From assembly GCA_042569595.1 (NCBI GenBank), contig JBHPHI010000002.1:2590-66589 (forward strand): 64,000 nucleotides of DNA. Direction: 5' to 3'. Within the stretch, counting starts at the first letter, position 1. Every line of letters begins with the position of its first letter. This document shows positions 28,317 to 38,174 of the stretch, one piece after another. Position numbers and translations under genes: made by a program. Source of the stretch: Patescibacteria group bacterium. Its GTDB lineage: Bacteria > Patescibacteriota > Microgenomatia > UBA1400 > 2-01-FULL-45-11. A model generated the notes under the pieces. That model searched no databases, was not told where the DNA came from, and saw only the letters and a list, made by a program, of their open reading frames with translations.

Positions 28317-28571
28317 ATGGCTGTAAAACTTTTTGTAGGTTCTTTACCCTGGGCAACCAGAGACGAAGACCTTAAACAGCTTTTTTCTCAGCACGGTGCA
28401 GTCGAGTCAGCAAATGTCGTAATGGACAGAGCTACCGGCAGAAGTCGTGGTTTCGGTTTTGTCGAAATGACCTCTGAAGAAGAAGCCCAAAAAGCCATCG
28501 AAGCTCTACATGAATCAGAGCTAGAAGGCAGAACTATCGTAGTCAACAAAGCTCGACCAAAAACCCACTAA
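28317..28571 (+). CDS. RRM-domain RNA-binding protein
   Basis: KLFVGSL (RNP2), RSRGFGFVEM (RNP1); AAAGGA SD before ATG 28317. Confidence 0.93.
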   Translation: MAVKLFVGSLPWATRDEDLKQLFSQHGAVESANVVMDRATGRSRGFGFVEMTSEEEAQKAIEALHESELEGRTIVVNKARPKTH

Positions 28572-28591
28572 GATTATTGATAACAAAAATT

Positions 28592-28617
28592 AAAGCCCCG
28601 ATTTACTCGGGGCTTTT
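28592..28617 (+). terminator. intrinsic terminator after the RRM gene
   Basis: AAAGCCCCGA-TTTAC-TCGGGGCTTTT. Confidence 0.8.
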
Positions 28618-28719
28618 GTATAAAAAGAGCCAAACATCAAACAATTCAGCTTGTTTTAGTCGAGTAATTCATTTATTCTAAAAGAACTACCCATATATAA
28701 ATTCCTGCCTAACAAATAA

Positions 28720-31700
28720 ATGACACATCCTGAGGAAAAGCCAGGCAAGGATTCTGCTGTGCTAGAAAACAATACTGATCCTTTAGTCGAAATTGCACAA
28801 AAAACACTTAAATCTTTGTCTAGGTCTCCTGAAACTGACCTACAAAAGGCAATGGAGGAATATATCGGAGTTGATGGTAATGGAAACGGAATACCAAAAA
28901 AAATAAAACAAAAAGCAAAAGAGTTAGTAGAGGCGGGAAATCACTTAGACGCCCTAGTTTTAATTGCAAGCAATGTTTCTGTGGGGCCGATACCAAAAAA
29001 ACCAACACAAAACCTTAAAAGAAAGAAAAAAGAAGTAAGACGATCTCTTCCAGAAAAAGACAGATTACATGTAAAAAGCGAAAGCTCAAAGGCCTTAAAG
29101 CTAGGCTCTGCCGCTCATAGGTTGATTGAGGAAATTAGACTATGTAAAGGAGAATTAAGTGAAATATCTGCAAATAATATTAAATTTGAGAATGAAGAAA
29201 GAATTAGTGAATATGAAATTACCCAACAAGATGATGAATCAAACATTCAGGGATCTTTCGTAATATCAGAAGGTGGAGCAGTTACTGCTTTTCAGATGCC
29301 AGGTCATCCAAAAATTTCAACAAGAACAGTAAAGTTGCAATATGAAATGGCAAACCCTAACACTTTTTCTAGCATTGAAGAGTGGGCCCTATCATATTTT
29401 TCTCAGGCGTTTTTAGCATTCGAAGAAACTTTTGGAAGAGTTCCCCATAAACCTTTTGACGTAGAGCAAATTTCAAAAAATAAAAGACTTAAAGAACATC
29501 TTGTTAAATCTCTCCAAGCAGGTCAAATTTTGTTTGGTGATAGGCGTGCGATGAACATATTTGATCCACCTTTGCCAGAAGATAAAGAAGAAAGAAAAGA
29601 GAAGGGTCAACACAGTATTTCCTACGAACACACAACTGAATATCAAATCCTAAACTGGCTAACCATTATGAGGGCTAGTTTTGAGAGCGTAGACAGACCC
29701 CAAACAGACGAAGAGGGGCTAATTACCGAACTACCATTTGGAAACATTGCCCTAACCCACACCCTAAATGAAGGTCAGCTAGAAGAGATAGGATTCACAA
29801 TAAAGGGGGGCACGGCAGACCTGATCAAGATAAATTTAGAAACTTTTACACAAAATCAAACTGAAGCGCTCACAGGCACTCCGTTAGGCAATCATGTAGC
29901 AAAAAAAACTGGAAGGACAAATGTTGCTCTAGCCACAAATCACATAGAGAAGTTATTTGGCGCACAAATGACCAGATATAGGAGGAAAGATGAGACAGGC
30001 CTTCCAAAATTATTTGATGATAAAACTGAATACGAAAAAATGGGAGAAAAGGTTGGAAGAGAGGTTAGAACCAAATTAAATAGAAACTTTAGATCATTGG
30101 CAAAGGAATTGTTCAGATTGTATGGTGACGACTTATTTAATGAGGTTGAATTTAATATTCAAGATTTTAAATTTCCCGCTGGTGATGGAGGGTGGTTTTC
30201 AATATTTGATGAAAAGGGTTTGCCAGTAAATGGGCATGAAGATCAAATAAAAGAGTATATTTTTCTTGCAGTCACTCAATTGTGTTGGGTTCAAAGATGG
30301 AGTCAAGATGAGGGAGAGAACTTTTCATTATCCATAGACGACGTAATTGATTTTTCTTATAAATCCGGGATTTTAAACAGGATGAAAGGAGAGTTGTTAT
30401 ATCAACTACCAGACCAAGAGAGGATTGAACCAGTTGAATTATCAACCCTTCAGGAGTTAAGAGAGGTTGGTTTAAAAGTAATAAGCGAGAGACTGCCAGG
30501 TGTATATAAAGAAAATGAATTAAGAATTGTAAAAGCCTTGCAAATTATTACAGGACACAGAGATGTAGAAGTAAAATTAAGACCTCAAAAAGAATTACCA
30601 GAGAACATAAACCACATATGTTTCGAGCACGACGGGCATCTATTTTTATCAATAGAAGACCTAAAAAAAACATTATTTGATACAGAAAATAGGCCTAATA
30701 TTGAAAACGCAATATATTTTAAAGATGAAAAAACATACGTATTTTGGGTTTCTAGAATCGACCAAGAGAATTTAGAGAATCTATTAAGAGTTGCAATAAA
30801 TGTAAGAGGTGAGTTTGGAATATCAGGACTTCCAGAGGGTGTAGTTAAAGGAAAAATCGCATCCAGCTTGGAACAAAGAGGTGTTAGGGAAAATAGAATA
30901 GGTCTGATAGAGCTGTTCAATAAGTCTTTGTGGAAAAAATTAACAACTTCTACTATGGAATCGTTGGTGAGTTCGGATCAGATAATAAATTCTAGAGGAG
31001 AAAGAAGGAGCACTGTAAAAGATAAGCCAATTTTTGTAGAACAAGATCCTTTAACAGGTAGGTGGATAATTGATCAAAAGGCCTTACAAAGAGCAATAGA
31101 TACAAAAACCAGCACAAAAGATCCTCACGGGTTAACAATATTGGCAGATTTATTAAACAAAGAAAAACCATACAATAAAGTGTTTTGTCCTTTACCGCAT
31201 CACGACAATAGAAATACGGAAGCAGCTCACCTCCACGAAGATCATGTTTATTGTTATGGATGCCAAGAAAATATCTTGTTGCCATGGAGCATGAGAGAAT
31301 TTAATGTTATTCCCATGAAGTCAGGAAATGAGGTTGAGGATTTCAATCCAGTTTCTTCTGGAAGATCTAAAGCATTTGAGAATGCAATCACAATTGCTCA
31401 CAATTTCTCTCTAATCGAAGATGTTTCTAGTAGATTTCTAAGAATGAGAGGGCTAAACCACGAACTTGCAGGCATGCATGGACACTTTCCACCACATTTT
31501 GCTGGTGCTTTAGCAAATTTAGTATCAGAGACCACTGAAGAAAATGATAAGCGAATAAATTTGTTCAACAGAGCAGTAAAAGAATCTAAAAAAATAGACA
31601 GAAAAATTCTAAAAGAACCGCTATCTGTGTTAGTTCAGTCTGGCTATTTATCATCCTCACATCCTCAAATATTTGCACTTCTTCAATCCCTACACCAAGC

Positions 31701-32616
31701 CTTAAGGATTCCACAACAAAATTCCCAACAGGATTCTTTTATTAAGTCCGACTCAACAGTTCCACCTCAAATTGAAGCTATAGACAAAATACTTACGCTA
31801 GAAAACATTCAAAGCATGAGAAATAGGGGGATAATTGGAAGAAACAAAGTAGGAAATGAAAGAATTGGGGGGAGATTAGTTCTTCCTACCTACTGGTTAA
31901 AATACTTAAAATCTGGCTATCAATTTACCATGGCAAATGTTAATGCAAGAGGAATATATTTTGGAGAAGAATCAATGCATCAAGGAGATCCACATTTTAA
32001 AGCTTTTGTTAGGTCTAGCCAGAGAGTGCGAGATGGAAGAAAGATGAGACAAACTCCTCCTGGATTTTGGATGCCAGATCCCAAAAGATTTACTGAGAAT
32101 CTTGGCGACACAATTTTTATTTTTGAGGGACCATTGAATCAATTATCATTCAATCAAATATCTCCTGAGTATAGAGATTCCTGCATAACTGTATCCGGTA
32201 CTGGGTATAGGCAAATAATTGCATTATTGAGATGGTTGGGAGTTTGTGGAGATCATATAAATCCACAACAAACTCTTGGAAAGGGGATAAAAAGAGTAGT
32301 TTTAGCCAGTGACTGGGACAAGGGTGGAGCAGAAGCATTCAAAAGAAATAGGTCTCACATAATGTCTGCTTTTCATGAGGTTGATGTTTTACCTATAAAT
32401 TATTTTTTACCGGAAGACATTAGGACTATTCTACCTTTCCCAATTATTACAAATTTTTCTCCAAAAACACAACAAAATGCCCAAGGAAGTTATTTTGGTT
32501 TCAAGCTAGATCTAAACGATGTTATTAGGAAGCCAGAAGGAAGAGGGTGGGCCCATCAATCATCAGACTTTATTCCCATAAACACACCAATCAATCAGCC
32601 TAGAATGAAAATTTAG
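28720..32616 (+). CDS. 1298-aa protein: PD-(D/E)XK-like motifs N-terminally, CHC2-like Zn finger and TOPRIM primase-like region C-terminally
   Basis: LGSAAHRLIE, GTADLIKI, IQDFKF, HEDQIKEY; CPLPHHD...YCYGC; FLRMRGL, GRLVLP, NARGI, IFEGPLN, LASDWDKGG, DLND. Confidence 0.6.
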   Translation: MTHPEEKPGKDSAVLENNTDPLVEIAQKTLKSLSRSPETDLQKAMEEYIGVDGNGNGIPKKIKQKAKELVEAGNHLDALVLIASNVSVGPIPKKPTQNLKRKKKEVRRSLPEKDRLHVKSESSKALKLGSAAHRLIEEIRLCKGELSEISANNIKFENEERISEYEITQQDDESNIQGSFVISEGGAVTAFQMPGHPKISTRTVKLQYEMANPNTFSSIEEWALSYFSQAFLAFEETFGRVPHKPFDVEQISKNKRLKEHLVKSLQAGQILFGDRRAMNIFDPPLPEDKEERKEKGQHSISYEHTTEYQILNWLTIMRASFESVDRPQTDEEGLITELPFGNIALTHTLNEGQLEEIGFTIKGGTADLIKINLETFTQNQTEALTGTPLGNHVAKKTGRTNVALATNHIEKLFGAQMTRYRRKDETGLPKLFDDKTEYEKMGEKVGREVRTKLNRNFRSLAKELFRLYGDDLFNEVEFNIQDFKFPAGDGGWFSIFDEKGLPVNGHEDQIKEYIFLAVTQLCWVQRWSQDEGENFSLSIDDVIDFSYKSGILNRMKGELLYQLPDQERIEPVELSTLQELREVGLKVISERLPGVYKENELRIVKALQIITGHRDVEVKLRPQKELPENINHICFEHDGHLFLSIEDLKKTLFDTENRPNIENAIYFKDEKTYVFWVSRIDQENLENLLRVAINVRGEFGISGLPEGVVKGKIASSLEQRGVRENRIGLIELFNKSLWKKLTTSTMESLVSSDQIINSRGERRSTVKDKPIFVEQDPLTGRWIIDQKALQRAIDTKTSTKDPHGLTILADLLNKEKPYNKVFCPLPHHDNRNTEAAHLHEDHVYCYGCQENILLPWSMREFNVIPMKSGNEVEDFNPVSSGRSKAFENAITIAHNFSLIEDVSSRFLRMRGLNHELAGMHGHFPPHFAGALANLVSETTEENDKRINLFNRAVKESKKIDRKILKEPLSVLVQSGYLSSSHPQIFALLQSLHQALRIPQQNSQQDSFIKSDSTVPPQIEAIDKILTLENIQSMRNRGIIGRNKVGNERIGGRLVLPTYWLKYLKSGYQFTMANVNARGIYFGEESMHQGDPHFKAFVRSSQRVRDGRKMRQTPPGFWMPDPKRFTENLGDTIFIFEGPLNQLSFNQISPEYRDSCITVSGTGYRQIIALLRWLGVCGDHINPQQTLGKGIKRVVLASDWDKGGAEAFKRNRSHIMSAFHEVDVLPINYFLPEDIRTILPFPIITNFSPKTQQNAQGSYFGFKLDLNDVIRKPEGRGWAHQSSDFIPINTPINQPRMKI

Positions 32617-32660
32617 AATCAAAGTTTCTCTTTCATACTTATCAAGGTACAATATCTCTC

Positions 32661-33725
32661 ATGAATCTATCTTGTGGAATAGTTGGTCTACCAAATGCTG
32701 GTAAAAGCACACTTTTCAATGCTCTCATCCAAAAACAACAAGCTCTATCAGCTAATTATCCATTTGCCACCATCGAACCAAACGTAGGCATTGTTCCAGT
32801 CAACGACCCACGCTTAGAAATACTTGCGAAAATTGTTGATACAAAAAACATTATTCCTTCAACAATTAAATTTGTTGATATTGCTGGCCTAGTTAAAGGG
32901 GCTCATGAGGGAGAAGGTTTGGGAAATAAATTTCTAAGCCACATTCGAGAAGTAGATTTAATTGTTCATGTTTTAAGAAATTTTGACGATGGAGATGTTG
33001 TTCAAACTGGAAGCGGAAACGCATTAGAAGATTTCAACACAATAAAAACAGAACTGATACTTGCTGATTTGCAAACATTAGAAAAACAAAGCGAACCAAA
33101 AGGAAACTCAACACCCGAAGAAAAACACTTTTGGAAAGTGGTAATAAAGGCAAAAAAAGGATTATCAGATGGAAGCTCTATAAACGAAATGGAGTGGAGC
33201 GAAGATGAAAAAGAATTATTAAGTCCTCTATTTCTACTTTCAGGAAAACCAACTATCTTTATTCTTAATGTTGGAGAAAACCAAATTAGAGAGTCAAAAA
33301 ATATTGAAAAAAAATTTTCCAAACAACCCTGCATTTCAATTTGCGCCAAGATCGAGTCAGAGTTAGTAGAATTTACCAAAAAAGAAAGACAAGAGTACTT
33401 AAAGGAAAACGGCTTAGAGCAAACAGGTCTAGATAGATTAGTGACAACAGCTTTTTTTAGATTAAACTTAATAAGTTTTCTCACAGCAGGAGAAAAAGAA
33501 GTAAGAAGTTGGACAATAGAGAACAATACTCTAGCACCTCAAGCTGCTGGAGTAATTCATTCAGACTTTGAAACAAATTTTATAAAAGCACAAGTTTGTT
33601 CTTACGAAAACTTCACTAAAGTAGGTGGATGGCAAAAAGCAAAGGAAAATGGACTTACTAGAATGGAAGGAAGAGACTATAAAGTAAGATCAGACGATAT
33701 CATAGAGTTTATGATAGGCAAATAA
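32661..33725 (+). CDS. ychF: Obg-family ATPase YchF
   Basis: GIVGLPNAGKSTLFN, NYPFATIEPN, DIAGLVKGA, GLGNKFL, AAGVIHSDF. Confidence 0.96.
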   Translation: MNLSCGIVGLPNAGKSTLFNALIQKQQALSANYPFATIEPNVGIVPVNDPRLEILAKIVDTKNIIPSTIKFVDIAGLVKGAHEGEGLGNKFLSHIREVDLIVHVLRNFDDGDVVQTGSGNALEDFNTIKTELILADLQTLEKQSEPKGNSTPEEKHFWKVVIKAKKGLSDGSSINEMEWSEDEKELLSPLFLLSGKPTIFILNVGENQIRESKNIEKKFSKQPCISICAKIESELVEFTKKERQEYLKENGLEQTGLDRLVTTAFFRLNLISFLTAGEKEVRSWTIENNTLAPQAAGVIHSDFETNFIKAQVCSYENFTKVGGWQKAKENGLTRMEGRDYKVRSDDIIEFMIGK

Positions 33726-34928
33726 TTAACCTCGTATTTTACTTGCGGCACGGGAAAACACAGAACCACTTCTTGGAAGAAACTGCAAAACTAATCCAAA
33801 AATAAACAAAGTAATAATGCCAGATGATATAAATGGAATGTTCTTCCCGTAGACATCAAAGAGGAAGCCAGCCATTACAGGACCAACAATTCTACCAACA
33901 CTTCCAGATGATTGCAGCATTCCCAACACTTCTCCATATTCTTCTTTTTCAACATTTTCGCTAGCAATGGCTTGCAAGCTTGGATTAGAAAGTCCATTTC
34001 CTATGGAGAGGAAAAACACAGATATATAAATCATCCAGGGCCATATTACATATGGTAAAAACAGCAAACCAATAGACAAAAACAACAAGCCTCCAGCTAA
34101 CATTTTTCTCTCACCAATTAATCTTACTAATCTAGGTAGTAAGATTAATTGAGTAACAACAGACATAATTCCTATAAATGCAAATATAGTTCCATTTTCA
34201 GAGGGCCCGTAACTGAAGGTTCTTTCTGTCCAAAGGGCAAAATTTGACTGCATTCCGGCAAAAGCAAGGTTTTGTAGTAAGAAAACAACCATCAAGAATC
34301 CAATCGGCTGCTTTTTAAAAGATTCTAAAAATTTAGAAATAGTCAACTTTGTTTTATTTGTTTTTATAGATTTTTTTGTGTTTATAGTTTCTTTCAACAT
34401 AAAAGAGGTGGCTATAATTGAGACAAACGATACTCCTGCGGCAACAAATGCTGGCGTAGAAAAGCTAATTCTTGAAAGTACTCCTCCAAGAGCAGGTCCA
34501 AGAATAAATCCCAACCCAAAAGCTGCTCCCAAAATTCCCATTCCTTTTGCTCTATTTTTTTTATCAGTAATGTCAGCAATATATGCTTGCGCAACAGAGA
34601 TGTTTCCACCTGTGGCCCCATCTATAATTCTCGATATGAAGAGTAGAGGAAGGCTTCTTGCAAAGCCTAAAAGTAAAAATCCAAACATTGTTCCTAATTG
34701 AGACAGTACTAAAACTTTCTTGCGACCATACCTATCAGAAAGTCTTCCAAGAATTGGTGAAGCTATTAATTGAAACAATGAGTAAGAAGCTGTAAGCAAT
34801 CCAACATGAAAGGGAGTAGCATGATATTTTTCTGCTATAAAAGGGAGTAGAGGCAAGATAATACCAAAACCAAATAGATCAATAAAAACAATTAAAAATA
34901 TAGTTGCCAGAGAACGATTGTCTTTCAT
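33726..34928 (-). CDS. MFS transporter (TetA/DHA1-like)
   Basis: GRLSDRYGRKK, GFILGPALGG. Confidence 0.9.
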   Translation of the reverse strand: MKDNRSLATIFLIVFIDLFGFGIILPLLPFIAEKYHATPFHVGLLTASYSLFQLIASPILGRLSDRYGRKKVLVLSQLGTMFGFLLLGFARSLPLLFISRIIDGATGGNISVAQAYIADITDKKNRAKGMGILGAAFGLGFILGPALGGVLSRISFSTPAFVAAGVSFVSIIATSFMLKETINTKKSIKTNKTKLTISKFLESFKKQPIGFLMVVFLLQNLAFAGMQSNFALWTERTFSYGPSENGTIFAFIGIMSVVTQLILLPRLVRLIGERKMLAGGLLFLSIGLLFLPYVIWPWMIYISVFFLSIGNGLSNPSLQAIASENVEKEEYGEVLGMLQSSGSVGRIVGPVMAGFLFDVYGKNIPFISSGIITLFIFGLVLQFLPRSGSVFSRAASKIRG

Positions 34929-35584
34929 TAAGACTTATTGAAAAGTTTCTTAAAGAATAGTTTTATTCTAAAACCCAAACTAAATCCTTTTGGCTTGTCG
35001 CCTTTCAATAGATGAAGAACCCCAGGGATTACAGAAATTATTATGATTCCAAAAGCAATTGGTAGCATGTATTTTTCTGCATCTGGAATACTGTTTCCTA
35101 AAAAGTATCCAAAAAGAGTCATAGACATCACCCAAAACACTCCACCCACAACGTTGTAAAACATGAATTTTTTATATTCCATTGACGCAACTCCAGCCAC
35201 AATTGGAACAAAAGTCCTAACAATAGGAACAAACCTTGCCAAAAACAGGGCCTTCCCCCCATGTTTTTCATAAAATTCTTCAGCCTCAAGTAAGTATTTT
35301 TTCTTGAAGAAAAAGTTGTCCTCTCGTTTCATTAGCCATCGACCAAATTTTCCTCCAGTCCAATATCCTGCACCCATACCGCCAATTGCAGCTGCAATAA
35401 GAAGTCCAATAAGTGTCCAAATATTAAACCAATCCTGAGAGGCTAAGAGTCCTGCCGTAAAAAGCAAACTGTCTCCAGGAAAGAAGAATCCAAAAAACAA
35501 GCCATTTTCTGCAAATACTATAAAAACCAAGCCATAATAGCCCCAAGTTTTTATTAACTCAACAAGATCAAAGTGAGGTAACAT
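34928..35584 (-). CDS. DedA-family membrane protein
   Basis: FAENGL..FFPGDSLLF, ARFVPIVRT. Confidence 0.92.
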   Translation of the reverse strand: MLPHFDLVELIKTWGYYGLVFIVFAENGLFFGFFFPGDSLLFTAGLLASQDWFNIWTLIGLLIAAAIGGMGAGYWTGGKFGRWLMKREDNFFFKKKYLLEAEEFYEKHGGKALFLARFVPIVRTFVPIVAGVASMEYKKFMFYNVVGGVFWVMSMTLFGYFLGNSIPDAEKYMLPIAFGIIIISVIPGVLHLLKGDKPKGFSLGFRIKLFFKKLFNKS

Positions 35585-35672
35585 AATTTATTCCTTTCAA
35601 TTTTCAACTCATTAATGATAATCTCCAAGCGCGATCTTTGCAATCTTGAGAAGATGTATTAATATTTAAGGT

Positions 35673-36011
35673 ATGAAACTTATTATAAAGATTTTAATAA
35701 ACGCACTCGCATTTTATATACTTGCCTATCTGGTTCCAGGAGTGGAGGTAGGAGGGTATCAATCACTGCTAATTACCGCTTTCGTTTGGGGATTAGTAAC
35801 AACTCTAATAAGGCCAATTATTAAAATACTCACTTTTCCTATCAGTATAGTTACCTTAGGGTTGTTTACTTTCGTAATCAATGCAGCTCTACTTCTACTT
35901 ACAGCCAGGATAGTTGATGGGTTTTTAATTGATTCTTTTACAACAGCCGTAATATCCGCTGTAGCCCTTGCCGTAATAAACGGCTTTCTAAATCTAATGA
36001 TAAGAGACTAA
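35673..36011 (+). CDS. 4-TM YvlD / 'phage holin superfamily IV' membrane protein
   Basis: LIRPIIKILTFPISIVTLGLFTFVINA. Confidence 0.85.
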   Translation: MKLIIKILINALAFYILAYLVPGVEVGGYQSLLITAFVWGLVTTLIRPIIKILTFPISIVTLGLFTFVINAALLLLTARIVDGFLIDSFTTAVISAVALAVINGFLNLMIRD

Positions 36012-38105
36012 TTATAGATTTAGAGAATTTACTCTTTCCCAATCACTTTCATTTAAGACCACTATCTTTTCTGTACCGACCACATATAAATAGTCATCCA
36101 AGAAAAGTGCTCTTTTAGCTTGAATATCGCTAACTACTTTTTTCAAAGAAACACCTTCTTTAGAGTAAGAAAAGATAAACCCATCATTCCCTGCGGGGAT
36201 GAAAAATGCAGAATGTTTTTCATCTTGCAAGAACGCATGGTGGGTGTTGGAAACATCACTCCAGTATGCATCAAGAAGATAAACATCTACTTCTTTTGGA
36301 TCGGTTGGAACAGAAACATCAAAAAGAGAGAGCTTCACTCTTCCCTCATCTCTACCAACTCCTAAGATGAGATTTTCCTCCAGAGGGTGAAGATATGAGG
36401 AAAACCCGGGAATCTTTAACTCACCCTTCATTGTGGGGTTTTTTGCATCAGACAAATCTAACACGTAAAAAGGATCAGTTTCTCTGAATGTCACTAAATA
36501 TCCCATCTCACCTAAAAAACGCGCAGAATATATTTTTTCATCCAACCCCAAATCTTTAACTTGACCAAGAGTTTCTAAGTTTTTATCCAAAACATATACA
36601 TCATTCGCACTCTCAGAACCCCTCAAGCTCCTTCCACCCACAGTAACCGCAATTCTTAGGTTTTCTTTGTATTCATCAAGAGAAAATTGATTTAGAGGGT
36701 GTCCTGGAATAGATCCAGTTGAAAGTATTTTCATGTCATCTAACTCAACTTTAACTATTCCTGTTTTTTCCATCTCTCTCATGTTCTCTGTTGCATATTC
36801 TTCCATTCTGTCTGACACCTCGTTTTCAATTCTTCTTCTTTCATCTTTTGAAAGTCCGCGATAATACTCTTCCATTATCGTTTGAATTTCAGTCATTTTC
36901 GCTGCAGAAGAAATGTCATATGTTGATAGTTTTTTTAATTTACTAACAACCTCAGAAGAAACTAGGTCACTACCCAAGGAAGTAAAGAATCCAAATATAA
37001 ACTCCGAAAAATCTCCAAATGTTGTATACGTCACATATAAAGAATTTTCAGACATATATATAACTGAAGAATTGTAGGTTCCTACAAAAGAAATGGAGTG
37101 AGTTACAGACCCATCATCAAGATCTATTTTTAAGGCAGAATAGGTTACATCTGCTTGCATAGATCTATTTGGATGAAATATTCTCTCACAAGGAATAATT
37201 AGTCCTCCAACAGGAGATAGGGGGGAAATAGGACAGGGCTGATCATATTCAAATCCTGTTCTTGTAACAACATAAAGCTCGTCCCCTTTTAAGCGAGAAG
37301 TCATAATTGAGCTATTACTATCTATTTCAATATCCCACTCATCTTTAGGGCTGGAGGGATTAGAGACATCATAGGCCTGTATCAAGTCATTTCCAAACAC
37401 CATTAGAAGATCATCGCTCAACAACAAATCCCCAGTCATATCTATGTCAGAAATTTTTTCAAGATCTGCTGGTGGAAAAGCAGAGACGATTTTTGTTGTT
37501 GGTTCGAGCCTTTTTCTAGGGGGAAAAATCATTTCCGAGGAGCTTTCTATAGTTCCAGTCATTGGTAAAACATCCTCCTCAACCATTAGTCTGTACGAGG
37601 GACCAAGAAGTGAAGTGAAGATGTGTTTCCCATCAGTTTTTACAATATCAGGCTCATCTATTCCAGACACCTGAACATTTGTTTCTGATACTCTCTGAGC
37701 ACTTTTTTCGGCACCCCCACCAGCAAGCGGCAAAGACACAGCCTCATCCATAACCTCCGTCATCATGGGTGTAGATCTAGAAAAAGAAGAAGTTGCAAAT
37801 CCTCCAAAAAATCCAAGGTCAAGATTTTCACCCTCACTTATGTAAGACAAAAAATCCTCTGAGGACTTGAAGGGAATGAGTTGTTCTACTTTTTCGTCAG
37901 AGCCAGATTTTTTAGGAAACACTGTTGGAGTATCTGGTTGGTTTTTGTACCACAAGGCGAATGAACCAACAAAAAGGAACAGCAAAAACACAAACAAGAC
38001 TGAGAAGTGATTTTGTTTCTTTGGAGCTTCAATATTCACATCTATATCTTCATTCATTATTTCCTCCGAACTATTATTTTTTGAAAAATCTTGACCCTCA
38101 TTCAT
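36012..38105 (-). CDS. membrane-anchored beta-propeller-domain protein
   Basis: TNVQVSGIDEPDIVKTDG, NQFSLDE, IYSARF, VTFRETDP, GELKIPGFSSYLHP. Confidence 0.85.
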   Translation of the reverse strand: MNEGQDFSKNNSSEEIMNEDIDVNIEAPKKQNHFSVLFVFLLFLFVGSFALWYKNQPDTPTVFPKKSGSDEKVEQLIPFKSSEDFLSYISEGENLDLGFFGGFATSSFSRSTPMMTEVMDEAVSLPLAGGGAEKSAQRVSETNVQVSGIDEPDIVKTDGKHIFTSLLGPSYRLMVEEDVLPMTGTIESSSEMIFPPRKRLEPTTKIVSAFPPADLEKISDIDMTGDLLLSDDLLMVFGNDLIQAYDVSNPSSPKDEWDIEIDSNSSIMTSRLKGDELYVVTRTGFEYDQPCPISPLSPVGGLIIPCERIFHPNRSMQADVTYSALKIDLDDGSVTHSISFVGTYNSSVIYMSENSLYVTYTTFGDFSEFIFGFFTSLGSDLVSSEVVSKLKKLSTYDISSAAKMTEIQTIMEEYYRGLSKDERRRIENEVSDRMEEYATENMREMEKTGIVKVELDDMKILSTGSIPGHPLNQFSLDEYKENLRIAVTVGGRSLRGSESANDVYVLDKNLETLGQVKDLGLDEKIYSARFLGEMGYLVTFRETDPFYVLDLSDAKNPTMKGELKIPGFSSYLHPLEENLILGVGRDEGRVKLSLFDVSVPTDPKEVDVYLLDAYWSDVSNTHHAFLQDEKHSAFFIPAGNDGFIFSYSKEGVSLKKVVSDIQAKRALFLDDYLYVVGTEKIVVLNESDWERVNSLNL

Positions 38106-38174
38106 AGTTTCTACTATACCGCAATTAAAGGAACACTACCAAAACCATACGTCTTGGTAGTTGTTCTATGGCAA

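Noticed and set aside
35673-36011. Holin as evidence of a prophage
   Set aside because: YvlD-type 4-TM proteins are common chromosomal genes; no endolysin or phage genes are nearby.
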